From contig JAQFVV010000008.1 in assembly GCA_028023455.1 (NCBI GenBank), positions 17,546,001 through 17,610,000 of the forward strand: a stretch of DNA of 64,000 bases, read 5' to 3'. Each line of letters opens with the position of its first letter. Within the stretch, counting starts at the first letter, position 1. The notes below the pieces were generated by a model. The model made no database searches and was not told the origin of the DNA. It was given only the letters and a program-made list of their open reading frames with translations. Position numbers and translations under genes: made by a program. Of this stretch, positions 62,241-64,000 are shown one piece after another. The DNA is from Epiperipatus broadwayi. Its lineage: Eukaryota; Animalia; Onychophora.

Positions 62241-64000
62241 TGAACAGACTAGAACAAAATATGATTTTACTTGACAAACATATGTATGATACCCAGAGAT
62301 ACAGTCCATGAACATACTAGAATTGACTCTCTCTATCCCAATTATCCAGGTTCGAATACAATTTGGTTGAATGACATGACTTTTAACACTTCCTGTTGGC
62401 ACATTTATATGGCGCCAGCCAACAGTACAATAAACACATATACAATATTTAATAATATTCACAAAATGGTATTCTATAAATACCTACAATATTCCTAGCT
62501 TTAAATTTGTCATATATATACAGTACACTACATTTATGTATACATATGTTAATATATATATATATACATGAACACATAATATATAATAAATCTATATCTG
62601 AGGAAAAAATATAAAGAAAGAAAACGCACCATAATCAGGAGAAAAAAAAAATCCACTGTACCCGACTAAGATAAGAGAGCTAAAATAATATATCATCATA
62701 TAAAACCTTTTTATATTTAAAAATTAACCAAAATAAAGATTCAAACTTGGATAGGATTTTAAATGTGTTTTAATATCAAAATAGCATGAATACAACATAT
62801 ATCTATATATAGCGATTGATCTATATATAGCTATTTCACTTTAGACAGGTTTACATTTATTACGTTAACAATGAATAATTCTTAATTGTTGTAAACAGGA
62901 GTTATACAATATGTTGCTCTAAGTCATGTGCGCGAATTCACCTTGACAAAATAAACTCTCTTTACACAAGAAATGAAAGATCGATGAATGATTTAAATTA
63001 GTAGGAGCCATATTTATAGCAAAAATAAAAACATTTATTTTATTTTTATATTTTATATATTTTCTTTTGACTATTATTAGAGAATGAAAAAATATGCGTA
63101 TATGGGAATGGTTCATTATTTTTAAAAGGGTAGGCAGCTTTAAATCAAGCGCACTACAGGAATCTATACAATACTTCTTCTAACATGATTCACACTTCTC
63201 ATATCCTTATTTCTTAATGGGATAAAACAAGCAAAACAATTTAATGAATGTATATTGTGACTACTAACATAGAAAGGTTAAACATATATGTAGGAAAGTC
63301 CCAGCTGGTCAAATAGTTCGTCATTGAACGTATTGTCATGAAGAAGACGTACGTTCGCACGTACGGCGAAACGGTACTAAGTTTGAGGTAGGTTTGGTGA
63401 TATGGGAGCTGGTGTACGATCTCTTCCATAGAGCATCCAAAACCTTAACCTTACATTTCACAAGGAGTATAATTCCTGATTACGAATGATTTCAAAAGGA
63501 AGGGAAAACTTCAGAATCTTGAAGATTCCCGAATGACCAAGCATTTGAAATACTGAGGAATTGTTAGGCTATGCCGGCAGTACAATATACATATGAGAAT
63601 AAAAATAGTGTTTAATATAATAACGTTAATGGTTTAATTCCCTAGCATAATGGTATGTATAATAGTGAATCAGGTTATAAATATCAAATGAGACATTTAA
63701 TTAAATATTTATTTGATTGGTCAGTTATGCTTTCCCATATACACTTCAAACAAAATTAAAACTTCTAATTGTTTGGCCCATTTGGTGATGACAGTAATTA
63801 ACACTTCATTCTTTATTGCAATCTTTCATGAACAAAAATAAAAAATAATTAAACAAGAGAGTTTTAGAATGATCAACCCCGCGAGTCTATTTTAACATAA
63901 TATATATTCAATTTTATAGGGAGCGAATGACAAATACATCCTTATCATTACAATTTCCTTTGCTTTTGTTTCTTTTCTTTTTTTTTAAAAAAAAAAACAA

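Overview
Very AT-rich, CpG-depleted eukaryotic (invertebrate-like, probably arthropod) genomic DNA dominated by decayed and nested transposable elements. Host genes: a C2H2 zinc-finger gene with an AT-hook (minus strand; exons 50918-51015 and 47072-48522), one exon encoding the C-terminal half of a Macro domain (plus strand, 18905-19296), and lower-confidence spliced fragments on the minus strand (a pyroglutamyl-peptidase-I-like relic at 20.1-22.4 kb; three tiny in-frame exons at 39.2-39.7 kb). Mobile DNA: (1) a Mag-like Ty3/Gypsy element at 1902-15656 (5-bp TSD CTAGG) with both LTRs interrupted. (2) Inside its 3' LTR, a 6.07-kb element (2058-8130) carrying Gypsy RT-RNaseH-integrase but bounded by ~278-bp INVERTED repeats with internal direct repeats and a 4-bp TSD; this is the most unusual object in the window. 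(3) Two copies of a fold-back element built from a ~340-bp tandem/circularly permuted unit, flanked by 12-15-bp TSD-like repeats (1113-1867, 44357-45203). (4) An L1/Tx1-like LINE (27557-38625) split by an unclassifiable 5.97-kb insert. (5) A gag-PR-only LTR element (52700-56093, TSD GATTC). (6) An LTR-less Gypsy fragment (58.2-62.1 kb) between LINE pieces. SINE, MITE and other relics are also present. All calls were made by eye from the sequence and the ORF track; no database search was run, and identities are approximate hand estimates.
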